Source: an uncultured virus (IMG/VR IMGVR_UViG_3300025038_000006)
Lineage: Duplodnaviria; Heunggongvirae; Uroviricota; Caudoviricetes
Length of the DNA stretch: 64,000 nucleotides
Strand: one strand, 5' to 3'
IMG/VR virus record: IMGVR_UViG_3300025038_000006
This document shows, one piece after another, positions 27,516-37,133 of the stretch (positions are counted from its first letter, which is position 1; each line of letters begins with the position of its first letter). Under the pieces are notes generated by a model, which was given only the letters and a program-made list of their open reading frames with translations, was not told the origin of the DNA and did not search any database. The translations under genes and the position numbers were made by a program.

Positions 27516-29365
27516 TATGCAAACACAGCTTGATCCTCACCGCGCGGGCAGGTGCCCCAAACTGGACGAGGTTTAATCCAGGCGCTTGCATCTTCATCAA
27601 ATAACGGCGGCGTACTTGGGATTTTAGATACGCACCATTGCGACAAATCTTGGTTAAACGATTCTGCCTTAGAGAACGCGCCGTTCATAAGAGTGGCGCT
27701 ACTGGTGTCAAAGTTTAACGGCTGATTAAATGCTGTCGCCTCGCTAAGCATATACCTCATATCAACAACACTACTGGTATCAAAGTCTAACGGCTGGTTG
27801 AATGATGTAGCTTCTTGAAACATACAGCTCATGTTAGTAACTTTACTGGTATTAAGGCTTAGCGGCTTGTTAAAAGATGCCGCCCTAGCGAACATATTGT
27901 TCATATCAGTAACATTACTGGTGTCAAGTTTTATTGGTTGGTTGTATGCTGTCGCACCGCTAAACATATAGCTCGTATTGGTAACTTTACTGGTATCAAA
28001 ACTTAACGGCTGGTTGAACGATGTAGCACCATAAAACATACTATTTATAATAGTAACTTTACTGGTGTCAAAGCTTAACGGCTGATTGAATGATTCAGCC
28101 CCTTGAAACATACCGCTCATGTTAGTAACACTGCTGGTATCAAAGTTTAACGGCTGATCAAATGCTGTCGCACCGGCAAACATATTGCTCATATTGGTAA
28201 CGTTTGAGGTGTCCCAATGCGAGATATCGCCATTAAAGCTACTTTCTCCGCGAAACAACATTGACATATCAGTTAGGTTTGAAGTAGCAGCATATTCAGC
28301 ATGTTTAAAAGCATCTTCTTTGGTATAAACTGAAATATATTCTTTAGGATCGCCTTCGAAGGTGTGAACCTCACCTTTTGGTACATCTTTGTTGTAAACA
28401 ACGCCAGTGTCAGTAGCTTTATACCAGCCAGTGCCAGGGTAGTCTTTAGCTAAACCTTGATCGTCTGGCTCAGCCTTTGGGTTAGAACCATCCTCCCCTC
28501 GTGGGCACGTACCCCAAACTGGAGGTACGATGTTTTCATAGCCTTCCCAACCTTCTGGTTGAGTTGGGATTTTAGCCACACACCATTGAGATAGATCTTG
28601 GTTGAACTTATCGGTAAAGTTGAACATAGCCCCCATATCCTCAACGTTTGACACATCCCATCCGCTGATATCCTGGTTAAATGCTCTCGCCTGAGAGAAC
28701 ATACTTCTCATACTAGTCACGTTTGATACGTCCCATTTTGAAATATCACTATTAAAAAGGTTAGCCATAGTAAACATGCGAGCCATGTTGGTTGCTGAAC
28801 TTGTTTTCCAGTTTCTAATACCTACAATGTCAGGGACTTGGGCATAGAAAAACATCTTCTCAAAGTTAGTTACGTTTGACACGTCCCAGTGAGATAGGTT
28901 TTGACCGTTATAAAACGATTTGTATTCTTCTTCATTGAAAAAAGCGGAGCTTAAATCAGTTATATTTGACGTGGCCGCAACATAAATATTATCTACTGCG
29001 TCCTCTTTAGTGTAGACACTTAAATACTGTGTCGGATCACCGTCTGAGAATACATGGGTTTCACCTTCTGGCACACCCTTGTTATAAATAATGCCAGTAT
29101 CAGTCGCTTTATACCAACCGTGGCCTGAATAGTCTTTATCTAGGCCTACATCGTTAAAAACGACATCAGGGGCGTGGAAGTTATCAACCTTTAAATTTAG
29201 CTCTTCAATCTTTCGTTCAATCTCAAAGATCTGATTTGAGTGGCGGCCCGTTTGCTGATAAAGACCTTCAATACCTTGAATAATCGTGGTTAAATTTTGG
29301 CCAATCGAACCTGCTAAAGCTTGAACCAGCTTTAGCATTTCTTCATGTGATACTAATTTTTTCAT
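27515..29365 (-). CDS. DUF285/BspA-type repeat protein with N-terminal coiled coil; likely fibre tip/adhesin
   Basis: WDVSNVTxMxxMF..A..FNQD repeats; two duplicated halves each ending PVWGTCPRGED. Confidence 0.85.
   Translation of the reverse strand: MKKLVSHEEMLKLVQALAGSIGQNLTTIIQGIEGLYQQTGRHSNQIFEIERKIEELNLKVDNFHAPDVVFNDVGLDKDYSGHGWYKATDTGIIYNKGVPEGETHVFSDGDPTQYLSVYTKEDAVDNIYVAATSNITDLSSAFFNEEEYKSFYNGQNLSHWDVSNVTNFEKMFFYAQVPDIVGIRNWKTSSATNMARMFTMANLFNSDISKWDVSNVTSMRSMFSQARAFNQDISGWDVSNVEDMGAMFNFTDKFNQDLSQWCVAKIPTQPEGWEGYENIVPPVWGTCPRGEDGSNPKAEPDDQGLAKDYPGTGWYKATDTGVVYNKDVPKGEVHTFEGDPKEYISVYTKEDAFKHAEYAATSNLTDMSMLFRGESSFNGDISHWDTSNVTNMSNMFAGATAFDQPLNFDTSSVTNMSGMFQGAESFNQPLSFDTSKVTIINSMFYGATSFNQPLSFDTSKVTNTSYMFSGATAYNQPIKLDTSNVTDMNNMFARAASFNKPLSLNTSKVTNMSCMFQEATSFNQPLDFDTSSVVDMRYMLSEATAFNQPLNFDTSSATLMNGAFSKAESFNQDLSQWCVSKIPSTPPLFDEDASAWIKPRPVWGTCPRGEDQAVFA
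27655..28215 (-). repeat. 72-bp (24-aa) tandem repeats in the DUF285 gene
   Basis: (A/G)CTGGT(G/A)T core recurs at 27701, 27773, 27845, 27917, 27989, 28061 and 28133. Confidence 0.9.
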
Positions 29366-29374
29366 GTCGTCCTC

Positions 29375-32300
29375 TTAAATATTTCCTGCGTTATCGCCAG
29401 GTAGTTGGATTGCTTTTTGCAAGGCTGCTACAAACAACTGTGCATAACCCTCACCAAACTCTAAATCTTCTTCTGCTAAAGCGGCAATATTGGTGCGTGC
29501 CTGCTTTTGCTGTTCTGCACTGAAAGATTGAGCTTTTGCTGCACTAACGATACCGTTATCAGCCTGAGCTAACGCTGTAATCTTATCCGCCAATTCTTTC
29601 AAAGTATCTGAATCAGCATCGGCACCGTTGATTAAGTCGGTAACAGCTTGCGTTAATTCGTCCTTGGTAGCATAAGGTGCTACTAACCCAGGTAACGATG
29701 AAACAAGGGCGTATTCTTCGCCTTCTGGCGCCTTGTCAGCCTTAGCTTTCAACTCTTCTTTAGTTGCCAGCGGCTCAATAGCAGTTGCGATCCCACCCAA
29801 TAGGCCTTCTTTTTGTGCCTCAAGATCATCAATTGAGGCTGCGCCAATATTGCTGCGTCCTTGTGCTTTTTGCTCTACTGTAAATTCCTGTTCAACTGTT
29901 ACGTTAACCAGACCCTTATCGGTTTGAGCTAAAGCGGTAATCTTGTCGGCTAATTCTTTTAATGTATCTGAATCAGCATCAGCACCATTGATAAGGTCCG
30001 TTACAGCTTTTGTTAACTCAACCTTAGTAGCAAATGGGGTTAAGTCGATCTCTGGGATAGCGTCGATAGCTTCTTGGATTTTCTCGCCAGTCTTAGCAAG
30101 TTCACCACGGATCGCTTCATCTTCTGCTTTACGGGTTTCCTCTTCTGCACCAATAGCTTCTAACAGCTGGCTTGCATTAGCTTCAATAGAATCAGTCAAT
30201 TCAGTTTTAGCTTGCGCAAGTTCGCTGCGTGTAGAATGAGTGTTGCTAAGTTTTTCTACTGCGCTGCTAAGCTCTGCCGTTGACACTGCATCAATGTTTT
30301 TACGGGCCGTTTCTTTTTCAGCTACTTTAAAGCTTTGTTTGTTAGCTGCACTTACTAAGCCTTTATCAGCCTGGGCTAAAGCTGTGATCTTGTCCGCGAG
30401 CTCTTTTAGCGTATCAGAATCGGCATCAGCGCCATTAATCAGGTCCACAATGGCCTGTGTTAGCTCGTCCTTAGTGGCGTATGGGGCCAAATCAGGAAGC
30501 GCTGAAACTAAAGCGTATTCCTCGCCTTCTGGGGCTTTATTAGCTTTAGTAGCAATCTGCTTATTGATAGCAGTATCAGCGTCTTGACGTGCTTTTTGTT
30601 CTGCATTGATAGCTGCTTGTAGTTGCTGGTCAGCCTTAGCAAACGCACTACGGATCGCTGCATCTTCTGCATCAACGGCTTCTTTTAGCTTTTGGTCAGC
30701 TTGGGCAAACTCGCTACGAATAACAGCACCTTCTGCTAGTCTTGCGCCCTCTTCTGCACTAATCGCTTCTTGAAGTTGCTGGCTAGACTGGGCAAGCTCG
30801 CTACGGATAGCCGCATCAACTGCATCAACTGCTTCTTTTAGGCTCTTATCGGCTTGTGCAAATTCGCTACGAATAAGTACGTCTTGTGCCTTGCGTTCAG
30901 ACTTTTCTGCATTGATAGCGTTTTGAAGTTCAACACCTTTTGCACTAATAGCACCCGCTAGCGTGTTTTGGGCTTGTTCAAGCTCTTCACGATCGGCCTT
31001 GTCGCTCTTGACTGTTGTTACCGCTTCATTGAAGTCAGCCTTAGATACTGCGTCGATATTCTTACGTGCAATTTCTTTATTGGCTTCTTTAAATGCTTGA
31101 GCACTGGTAGCACTAACTAGGCCTTTATCGGCTTGTGCCAGGGCGGTAATTTTATCGGCCAACTCTTTCAACGTATCTGAATCAACATCAGCACCGTTAA
31201 TCAAGTCATTAATAGCTTGGGTAAGCTCGTTTTTAGTAGCGAACTCGTTACGAATAGCTGTATCTGCTGCCTTACGTGCTTCACCTTCTGCATTGATAGC
31301 TTGTTGAAGTAGTTGGTCAGCTTGTGCAAACTCGTTTCGGATAATCGCATCTGTTGCTTTACGATCTCTTACTTCTGCATCAACTATCGCTTGAACTTGT
31401 TGATCGCCTCTAGCCAGCTCGCTACGAATGGCCGCATCTTCTGACTTACGGGCCCACTCTTCTGTTCTAACGGCTGTTTGTAGCTGTCGATCAGCGTCGG
31501 TGAAGTCATTGCGAATAGTGGCTTCACGAACGTTGATGGTTTCTCTAACATTTTCTTTAAGCTTTTGGTCTGCCAGGGCAAACTCACTACGGATAGAAGC
31601 ATCTTCTACCTTACGCACCACTTCTTCTGCATCAATAGTTTTCTGCAATAGCTCGTCGTACTTGGTAAACTCGCTACGCATGGCCGTTTCTTTAGTATTA
31701 ACAAACGCTGTAAGGGCCTCTTTAGCCATAGTATCTGAATGAGCAAATGCGGCACGAATAGCGGTATCTTGCTCTTTACGGCTAGTCTCTTCTGCATCGA
31801 TAACTTTTTGTAGTTCAACGCCCTTAGCCTTAATAGATTCAGATAACTCTGTCTTGGTATCTGCAAGCTCACTGCGAGTTGCTTTAGCGTCGTTAATTGA
31901 AGTTACCGCTGCATCAAAAACTGCTTTAGATACTGCATCAATATTCTTGCGAGCAACTTCTTTGTTGGCTTCTTTGAAAGACTGTACTTCTGTTGCACTC
32001 ACCAAACCCTTGTCAGCTTGAGCAAGGGCCGTGATCTTATCGGCAAGCTCTTTTAAAGAGTCAGAATCAACATCAGCACCGTTAATTAAGTCGGTGATAG
32101 CCTGGGTAAGCTCAACTTTAGTTGCGTACTTATTACGAATATCAGTGTCTTGTGCTTTACGGGTTGCTGCCTCTGAATCAATCGCTTTTTGTAGCTCTTG
32201 GTCAGCCAAGGCAAACTCATTACGAATAGCTGCGTCTGCTGCTTTGCGATCAGCTGTTTCTTTTTCGATAGCTTGCTCAGTCTGTCTGTTAGATTCAGCA

Positions 32301-33163
32301 AGCTCGTTACGAATAGCTGTATCTTCTTCTCTACGCTCTGCTGTCTCTTTATCTGCTGTGGCTTTTAACACTTTATCAGCCTGTGCAAATTCGCTACGAA
32401 TGGCCGCATCTGCTGTATCAACGGCCTGCTTTAAAGTCTGGTCAGCTTGGGTAAAATCGCTGCGAATAGCTGCATCTGCTGCTTCAACTGCGCTTTTAAG
32501 CGACTTATCAGCCGCTGCAAACTCAACGCGAATGGCTGCATCTGCTGCGTCAACGGCTTTCTTTAAATCCTGATCGGCCTTAGTAAATTCGCCTCGAATG
32601 GCTGTGCCTTCCGCTTTGCGAGCATTTTCTTCTGCCTTGATAGAGCCTTGCAATTCAGCCTTGTTTGTTTCGATAGAACTGTTTAATTCAGCCTTAGCCT
32701 GGTTAAGCTCTACACGGGTGGCCTTATCTTTTGTAAGTGTGTCAATCGCCTTATTAAAGTTGATCGTTGAAACTGCATCGATGTTATTACGAGCAATCTC
32801 TTTGTTAGCCTCTTTAAACGATTGGACCTCTGTAGCACTTACTAGGGTCTTATCAGTCTCTACCAAAGCATCAATTTGATCAGAAAGCTCTTTTAGCGTA
32901 TCGCTGTCATCGTCAGCATTGTTGACAAGATCATCAATAGCTTTTTTCAGCTCAACCTTGCTGGCAAGCTTACTAGCTTCTTCTTTGGTAGCATAGATTT
33001 CTTCTGCTTTAACGGTTGCTCCTTTAACCTCATTAATAGCATCAACAATGCTCTTTTTATTGGTAGTCGCAAGCTTATCAACACCGCCAACATCTTTACC
33101 GATGCGGGCTGCGAGCTCTTTTACGTCTGCATCCTTCGCAATAACGACGCCTTTAATACTCAT
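29375..33163 (-). CDS. Long repetitive coiled-coil fibre protein
   Basis: Six DLINGADxDSDTLKELADKI...ARKNIDAVS modules separated by 22/29-aa AIRxEFAQAD repeats. Confidence 0.75.
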   Translation of the reverse strand: MSIKGVVIAKDADVKELAARIGKDVGGVDKLATTNKKSIVDAINEVKGATVKAEEIYATKEEASKLASKVELKKAIDDLVNNADDDSDTLKELSDQIDALVETDKTLVSATEVQSFKEANKEIARNNIDAVSTINFNKAIDTLTKDKATRVELNQAKAELNSSIETNKAELQGSIKAEENARKAEGTAIRGEFTKADQDLKKAVDAADAAIRVEFAAADKSLKSAVEAADAAIRSDFTQADQTLKQAVDTADAAIRSEFAQADKVLKATADKETAERREEDTAIRNELAESNRQTEQAIEKETADRKAADAAIRNEFALADQELQKAIDSEAATRKAQDTDIRNKYATKVELTQAITDLINGADVDSDSLKELADKITALAQADKGLVSATEVQSFKEANKEVARKNIDAVSKAVFDAAVTSINDAKATRSELADTKTELSESIKAKGVELQKVIDAEETSRKEQDTAIRAAFAHSDTMAKEALTAFVNTKETAMRSEFTKYDELLQKTIDAEEVVRKVEDASIRSEFALADQKLKENVRETINVREATIRNDFTDADRQLQTAVRTEEWARKSEDAAIRSELARGDQQVQAIVDAEVRDRKATDAIIRNEFAQADQLLQQAINAEGEARKAADTAIRNEFATKNELTQAINDLINGADVDSDTLKELADKITALAQADKGLVSATSAQAFKEANKEIARKNIDAVSKADFNEAVTTVKSDKADREELEQAQNTLAGAISAKGVELQNAINAEKSERKAQDVLIRSEFAQADKSLKEAVDAVDAAIRSELAQSSQQLQEAISAEEGARLAEGAVIRSEFAQADQKLKEAVDAEDAAIRSAFAKADQQLQAAINAEQKARQDADTAINKQIATKANKAPEGEEYALVSALPDLAPYATKDELTQAIVDLINGADADSDTLKELADKITALAQADKGLVSAANKQSFKVAEKETARKNIDAVSTAELSSAVEKLSNTHSTRSELAQAKTELTDSIEANASQLLEAIGAEEETRKAEDEAIRGELAKTGEKIQEAIDAIPEIDLTPFATKVELTKAVTDLINGADADSDTLKELADKITALAQTDKGLVNVTVEQEFTVEQKAQGRSNIGAASIDDLEAQKEGLLGGIATAIEPLATKEELKAKADKAPEGEEYALVSSLPGLVAPYATKDELTQAVTDLINGADADSDTLKELADKITALAQADNGIVSAAKAQSFSAEQQKQARTNIAALAEEDLEFGEGYAQLFVAALQKAIQLPGDNAGNI

Positions 33164-33165
33164 AC

Positions 33166-33306
33166 TTAACCTTCCTCTTCTTCGCCTGATTGTTCATAAT
33201 CTGAAATATAACTACTACCCAACTTAATGTCGTCAGCCTTTAAGGCCTGCTTGCAGGCTTCTTCAAACTCTTGCAACTTGCTTTCTTCTACTAGAACATA
33301 CGCCAT
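33166..33306 (-). CDS. Small hypothetical protein (46 aa)
   Basis: ATG at 33306 with AGGAG upstream; ends DDIKLGSSYISDYE, similar to DDMSVGEDGYIPDYE in the upstream gene. Confidence 0.6.
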   Translation of the reverse strand: MAYVLVEESKLQEFEEACKQALKADDIKLGSSYISDYEQSGEEEEG

Positions 33307-33316
33307 AAATAAACTC

Positions 33317-33706
33317 CTATTGCTGTCTCTGGCCTTCATAATCAGGGATATAACCGTCCTCACCTACGCTCATATCGTCGTCTCTAGCAACTTTGCTAAG
33401 GCATTCATCTAAGCCGCTTACATCTGCACGCTTATAGCTACTACCCACTCGCATAACCCAAACTTCACTCAATCCACTGTTTAAAGCGTCCTCAATAGCT
33501 AGGAAACTAGGGTTTGCCACATCACGGCCCAGAATGGCTGAAAAATTGCCTTCATTGACCTTAAATGGGATACCCATAACGCCACGTTTGAACCGACCAA
33601 TGATGATACCGTTCGTGACGTTTTGAAGTTTCGTGGATTCTGTCTTATCAATAACATCACCACGCTGTACGCCAACAGCGGTTTTTAAAATCTTAGTGTT
33701 GATCAT
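33317..33706 (-). CDS. Tail-sheath N-terminal-like module (paralog 2) with short extension
   Basis: TAVGVQRGDVIDKTES...NGIIIGRFKRG...GLSEVWVMRVG, very similar to 16252-16533. Confidence 0.6.
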   Translation of the reverse strand: MINTKILKTAVGVQRGDVIDKTESTKLQNVTNGIIIGRFKRGVMGIPFKVNEGNFSAILGRDVANPSFLAIEDALNSGLSEVWVMRVGSSYKRADVSGLDECLSKVARDDDMSVGEDGYIPDYEGQRQQ

Positions 33707-33715
33707 AGATCCGCC

Positions 33716-34309
33716 TTAGTTTTTAACCTCTTTTTGAAGTAAGAATAAAAATCGTTCATCCCTGCCCATACCTATGCGATACAAGCTTGTATTGCTATCT
33801 AACACCTGCAATTCGCGCTCAACCTCATACCGGTCACGCTGGTATCGACAACAAAGCTTTGAATCTCTGATGTATGCAAATATCACATCTGATGTGATAT
33901 CAGTTGCATATCTATTGTCATCAAGTGCCACCATAGGGGTTATACCACCTCTAATTGATGCAGCAATGCCGCCAACAAGCGAGCCATTGCGACCTACCCA
34001 CAGTTTGGAGTCAATTCCAGCCTGGTAAGCTATTACCAGATTCATATTGCGATCAAAAGCAACTGAAACTGATGTTATATTCTTGTCGGTTAGCACTCTA
34101 TCAGGCCTAGAAACGTCGGTACGCTGCAAGTAGATAGCTGCACCGTCCGTCCAAGCCTGCCAGACATAATCTTTTATACCTTGGGTGATATCGCCTATAT
34201 CAGCACCACCCAAACAAAACGAGCGTGTATCAGGGTGTTTTCTATCCCTTGGCTCATTTAGATCTTCAAGCCATTTTCTGACACGCTTTATTTTGTTATT
34301 CGGTAACAT
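33716..34309 (-). CDS. Putative tail/fibre-associated virion protein
   Basis: GGADIGDITQG, SVAFDRNM, LDDNR...SDVIFAYIR...RYQRDRY pattern recalled from phage tail modules. Confidence 0.5.
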   Translation of the reverse strand: MLPNNKIKRVRKWLEDLNEPRDRKHPDTRSFCLGGADIGDITQGIKDYVWQAWTDGAAIYLQRTDVSRPDRVLTDKNITSVSVAFDRNMNLVIAYQAGIDSKLWVGRNGSLVGGIAASIRGGITPMVALDDNRYATDITSDVIFAYIRDSKLCCRYQRDRYEVERELQVLDSNTSLYRIGMGRDERFLFLLQKEVKN

Positions 34310-35273
34310 TAAGCTCACCCTCGTAACGAGCCCATGTAAAGCGAATTGGTACTGTCAAGGTATCGTTTTTGGATTTAGGAATTGGGTCGTCACCGTCTTT
34401 TGAGCCATACTGAATCTGATAGTTACCCATAGTGGTAGGCACCAGTACGCTTCTAACTGGGAAACGTGCATCATCAAGGCCAAAGAAAATACTCATATCA
34501 CGTGTATATGAGCCTTCCTCGTAGTCACTAAGAGTTACACTCGCGGCTGCCCCCATATTAATATTAGGCACGCCTGTAACTTCACCAATATCGCCAGCGT
34601 ATGAGTAAAACTCACTGTACGTCTCTGATGCGTACTCAGTATCTTTTGCAAACACCATACCTACTTTAGATTCATAGTAAGCCCCTTCATCACCAATACC
34701 AGACAAGCGGCATTTAGCCTTATACAGCTTCTCGCCTCCGATATCGTCAGTGATTTTGATAGAAAAGTCTTTATCCGACAGTTCGAAAACCTGCCAGATA
34801 CGGTAGGTTATCTCTAACACTTCATCATCTTTCAAAGTGATAGAAATTGGCGCGCCTTCGGCACTCTTAATTAAGGCTCTCGTGCAAAGGTGATACTCAT
34901 CTTTGCTTGTAAACTCGCTAGCCAGCCCTACCTCTGAAATAGTCTTGCCGCTGATACCCTCAAAACGATATGTACTAGAACGCCAGGCTTTAAAATCCTG
35001 ATCACCGCTTAGATATGGCTCTGATCCGCTGTCAGTGGCCTCGATTGAGTTATGCTTAGCTACAAAACTGATCAGCTTAGCCTGAGTGGCTTCTGGTGCC
35101 GTGTTACCGCTACCAACTAAGCAGTTAGCAAAAATATCATCACCATGGCCACCACCAAAAAAATCTAAGCCTGTGTTAAGAAACATGTTCTTTTGGTAGC
35201 CAGTATCTTGGACGGTTGAGCCGTCTTTCTTTTTGACAACGCAACGCAGCTCGCCTGCAAAACCTGTTTTCAT
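34296..35273 (-). CDS. Putative tail/fibre-associated virion protein
   Basis: NMFLNTGLD...VGSGNTAP...ISEVGL...TRALI...ITLKDDEVLEITY, a fibre N-terminal-type pattern. Confidence 0.5.
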   Translation of the reverse strand: MKTGFAGELRCVVKKKDGSTVQDTGYQKNMFLNTGLDFFGGGHGDDIFANCLVGSGNTAPEATQAKLISFVAKHNSIEATDSGSEPYLSGDQDFKAWRSSTYRFEGISGKTISEVGLASEFTSKDEYHLCTRALIKSAEGAPISITLKDDEVLEITYRIWQVFELSDKDFSIKITDDIGGEKLYKAKCRLSGIGDEGAYYESKVGMVFAKDTEYASETYSEFYSYAGDIGEVTGVPNINMGAAASVTLSDYEEGSYTRDMSIFFGLDDARFPVRSVLVPTTMGNYQIQYGSKDGDDPIPKSKNDTLTVPIRFTWARYEGELNVTE

Positions 35274-36526
35274 TACTTAATCCTCTGTGTTGTAAAGATA
35301 TCTAGTGGTTTAATAATTGGGGTGTAGCCGTCCTGGGAAACATCTATATCCACTTGCTCAAAATTAACCTTGGCTGCATCCAAGGCTTCAACTCCAACTA
35401 AATAGCCGCTATTTGCATCATAATTGCCAGCAAGGTAGCTGACATATTCGATATTTAACTGCTCTAAATTAGCGAGATAACCATCATTTAATGTTGCGTA
35501 TTGGCCTTTGTCTGTTAAGTGAACACTCAACGCCTCAATGGCTGGCAAGTAACCGCTATTAACCTTGATATCAACAACGCTTAATGCTTGTTGTAATACC
35601 AGTGATAACTGCTCAATCTGTACCTGGTAGCCTTCAGTATTAATGGCTGTCTCAACTAGCCCGCTCGATATGGTTAAGTCTAGCAAGGTGTAAGTTTGCG
35701 TATAGAAGCCTGTTCCTATGTTTAAGCTATGAGTCTGTAATGCTTGTGATAATCGAACATCTAGTATTTCAGCTTGATGCGTATATCTTGAACCCACCTC
35801 TTTTTCTTTAATTTTCGATATACGCTCAATGTTTAACTGCTTGGCTGATGCACGGTAACCGTATTCATATTCAAATGATTTAAAGCCATAACGCAGTGAT
35901 AGTGAAAGAGCCTCAAATCCCGCCTGATAACCGTCTACGATCGGCACTGGTTGTTTAACTACTGACCCTAGGTGAATATGAAGCGGGTCAATTTTTGTCT
36001 GATAGCCTTCTGTGATATCAAACGCCTTCCCAAATGTCGTTTTTTCAATATCAAAGTGATTAATACTAGGAAAGTATGCATCTACAACATCGGCTGCTTT
36101 TTTGATTAGCGATCTCAATTCAACGTCAAGCAGCTTAACCAATGGCTTGTAAATATCATCTTTGATGACTGGTATTGGGTATAAATTACTTTCAAATGCT
36201 ATTTGCTCAAATTTCTTCCCGTCGGTAATCTCAGTCTCATTGCTAAGCTTTAGGGTGGGATTACCGATACGCAAAATCCATAATTCAGAGGCACCAGCAA
36301 TAAAAGCATCTTGAACGATTGTGTAGCTTGGATTGGTTCTATCTTCGCCTAATAAGGCCTTGTAGTTTTGGGAATTGACCTTGAACGCCTTATCTGAACG
36401 GCCGCGTTTAAATCGGCCTACAATCACGCCATTTTGATTGATTGACGGTACGTTTGGGCCGGAATTTCCAGATACTTCGTCCTGGCTTATGCCTACTGCA
36501 CGTCCTAAAGTATTGCTGTTTAACAT
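35273..36526 (-). CDS. Sheath N-terminal-like module (paralog 3) fused to about 320 aa of degenerate beta-rich repeats
   Basis: LGRAVGISQ...NGVIVGRFKRGRSDKAFKV...GASELWILRIG, then recurring GYxxxxExL units. Confidence 0.6.
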   Translation of the reverse strand: MLNSNTLGRAVGISQDEVSGNSGPNVPSINQNGVIVGRFKRGRSDKAFKVNSQNYKALLGEDRTNPSYTIVQDAFIAGASELWILRIGNPTLKLSNETEITDGKKFEQIAFESNLYPIPVIKDDIYKPLVKLLDVELRSLIKKAADVVDAYFPSINHFDIEKTTFGKAFDITEGYQTKIDPLHIHLGSVVKQPVPIVDGYQAGFEALSLSLRYGFKSFEYEYGYRASAKQLNIERISKIKEKEVGSRYTHQAEILDVRLSQALQTHSLNIGTGFYTQTYTLLDLTISSGLVETAINTEGYQVQIEQLSLVLQQALSVVDIKVNSGYLPAIEALSVHLTDKGQYATLNDGYLANLEQLNIEYVSYLAGNYDANSGYLVGVEALDAAKVNFEQVDIDVSQDGYTPIIKPLDIFTTQRIK

Positions 36527-36543
36527 TTAAGCCGCCCTTAGCC

Positions 36544-36575
36544 AAAAGACGGCTGCGATGCAATGCACCACAGCC
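36544..36575 (-). terminator. Probable intrinsic terminator/attenuator
   Basis: GGCTGTGGTGCA/TGCATCGCAGCC stem then GTCTTTT. Confidence 0.5.
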
Positions 36576-36580
36576 CAAAA

Positions 36581-37033
36581 TTAACGAATTACTAAAACTT
36601 TGCCGCGTGTCGCGTTGATCTGTTCGATATTGCGCAACACTCGCTCTTTAGTAATGCTTGGCTTTAATTCGATAACCGCTTCTTTACGAGCGTAAAATAA
36701 AGTGCGGCTATGTGGATCATATAGATTGTATGAGCCACTGTTATAAACAGTGATTTTTTCAAACTCTTCTTTTTTCGCTTCTGGTTTTGGTTCAAGCTCA
36801 GCTTCTTGCTCTACTTCTGGTCCAAGCTCTACCTCTGGCTTAACGCCTTCTTGTTGAGCGTCAAGAAATCGCCATACTAAAGCGTCTTTACTATCGCTTG
36901 AGCGATAAGCAACGCCCAGGCCTTTAAGCTCTGCTTGCAGCTCTTTAACCGTATAGGTTTCATCAACTTCTGCATATCCAGGGGTGATAACAAGCTCTGC
37001 TAAATTGCCTGGTACTTGTTTTGGTTCTGTCAT
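36581..37033 (-). CDS. HeH/LEM-like domain protein downstream of the capsid gene
   Basis: YTVKELQAELKGLGVAYRSSDSKDALV motif. Confidence 0.65.
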   Translation of the reverse strand: MTEPKQVPGNLAELVITPGYAEVDETYTVKELQAELKGLGVAYRSSDSKDALVWRFLDAQQEGVKPEVELGPEVEQEAELEPKPEAKKEEFEKITVYNSGSYNLYDPHSRTLFYARKEAVIELKPSITKERVLRNIEQINATRGKVLVIR

Positions 37034-37054
37034 AATCAGCCTCGTATTTTTGTC

Positions 37055-37089
37055 AAAAGAAAGGCCCTGTTGCCACAGACAACAAGGCC
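37055..37089 (-). terminator. Intrinsic terminator after the major capsid gene
   Basis: GGCCTTGTTG/CAACAGGGCC stem followed by TTTCTTTT. Confidence 0.7.
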
Positions 37090-37133
37090 AATTCAGCCAT
37101 ACAACGTGGCGGTTACATGGCTAAGTTATCGAA

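Noticed and set aside
27655..28215. Periodic repeats as a CRISPR array or DGR template/variable repeat
   Set aside because: In-frame degenerate 72-bp coding repeats; no unique spacers, cas genes or reverse transcriptase in the window
29733..32879. Numerous + strand ORFs opposite the fibre gene, and similar shadow ORFs elsewhere
   Set aside because: Antisense shadows of biased codon usage, with no RBS or protein features
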